Made by a program: the position numbers and the translations under genes. A stretch of 64,000 bases of DNA, from contig CM052817.1 of the NCBI GenBank assembly GCA_028534125.1, positions 12,588,001 to 12,652,000 on the forward strand, written 5' to 3'. This DNA is from Lama glama (Eukaryota). Position 1 is the stretch's first letter. The number at the start of each line of letters is the position of its first letter. This document shows, in pieces, positions 63,005 through 64,000 of this stretch. The notes under the pieces were generated by a model. That model did not search any database. It was not told the DNA's origin and was given only the letters and a program-made list of their open reading frames with translations.

Positions 63005-63220
63005 AAAAGAAGGAAAGAGAGAGAGAAGGAGAGAGAAAGAGAGAAAGAAAGAGAGAGAAAGAGAGAGAGAAAGGGAGGAAGGAAGGAAGGGAGAAAGAAA
63101 GAAAGAAAAGAAAGAAGGAAGGAATGAAAGAAAAGAAGGAAATAAAGAAAAAGAAGGAGAGAAAGAAAGGGAAAGAAAGAGAAAGAGAGAAAGAAAGGAA
63201 GAAAGTAGAAAAGAAGAAAA
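63005..63220. repeat. Polypurine simple-repeat tract (GA, GAAA, GGAA)
   Basis: About 215 bp almost entirely A/G on the + strand. Confidence 0.95.
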
Positions 63221-63309
63221 CCATGGTTTTGGTGGACTTGAATTGGAAATAAGGAGGTTATATATTAGAGTTGGAAAAGTCAATATATATTTTAAATCAA
63301 ATTATTTAG

Positions 63310-64000
63310 TGTGATATAATAAGAAATATATTTAATCTTGGCACAACATTTCTCAAGCCTTTGGGGTTCCTTGAGTGACAGGAGTGTCTTCTGCCCTACA
63401 TTAGGAGCCCCTTTTGAGTTCATGCTAAAGAAGTTCCTTAGGGCGGGGCCCCCAGGTAACCTCAGTAAGGGGCTGGACACCAGAGAGACCAGGTGGTTAG
63501 AAGGCTGGGACTTTCAGCCCCACCCACCAGCCTCTGAGAGGGTGAAGGGGAGTGGCTGCAGATTAAGCTCCATAAAAACTCTTGATGAGCTTCCAGATTT
63601 GTGAGCCAGAATGTATCCATGTGCCAAGAAGGTGGTACACCTCAGACTCACAGGGACAGAAGCCCCTGTGTTTGGGACTCTTTGGACTTTTCCCTGTATA
63701 TCGCTTCATCTGGCTGTTTATTTGTATTCTTTAATATCCTCGGTAATAAACCGGTAATCTAGTAAGTAAACTGGCTTCTGTGTGCTGCTCTAGGAAATTA
63801 ACGGAAACCAAGAAGGGGTTCATGAGAACCTCCAATTTATAGCCAGTCAGTCAGAGTAACAACCTGAACTTGCAACTGTCATTTGAAGCAGGGGCGGCCT
63901 TGTAGGATTCAGCCCTTAAACTATAGGATCTGATACTGCTTCCAGGTAGATAGTGTCAGAATTGAGTTAAATTTGTGGAACACCCAATCAGTGTCTGCTG
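63310..64000 (+). mobile_element. MER21-type LTR, running off the window end
   Basis: tgtgatataataagaaatatattt...gggactttcagccccaccc...cagggacagaagcccctgtg...cttcatctggctgtt...aataaaccggtaa...ccaggtagatagtgtcagaattgagtt. Confidence 0.88.

Noticed and set aside
62955..63314. Lys/Glu/Arg-rich and Phe/Ser/Leu-rich ORFs
   Set aside because: Translations of a simple purine repeat
281..63604. Remaining 60-126 aa ORFs in the track
   Set aside because: Many use non-ATG starts, overlap decayed repeats and resemble no protein I recognise; consistent with random ORFs in mammalian non-coding DNA

Overview
Eukaryotic, mammalian, AT-rich, CpG-depleted non-coding DNA (intergenic or deep intronic). The recurring young L1 3' ends and ERV1 LTRs suggest a cetartiodactyl, most likely a camelid; this rests on recalled repeat consensuses, not a search. 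I cannot support any intact protein-coding gene, RNA gene or CRISPR array. The only recognisable protein-like ORFs are decayed LINE-1 ORF2 fragments. Much of the window is layered transposon debris. The ancient layer is MIR, L2, HAL1, L1M, MaLR/ERVL LTRs and hAT DNA transposons. The younger layer is seven lineage-specific L1 3' fragments and six ERV1-type solo LTRs, several nested and with readable target-site duplications. There is a 500-N assembly gap at 46594-47093. The structures least explained by standard repeats are a nested, hairpin-rich local repeat at 59065-59350, a duplicated hairpin with a compensatory change in an LTR R region (50750-50890), an L1 whose 5'UTR is fused directly to ORF2, and a CpG-retaining unique segment at about 560-1440. 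I found no convincing new biological system. Family names are from pattern recognition, and boundaries are approximate unless a TSD is given.
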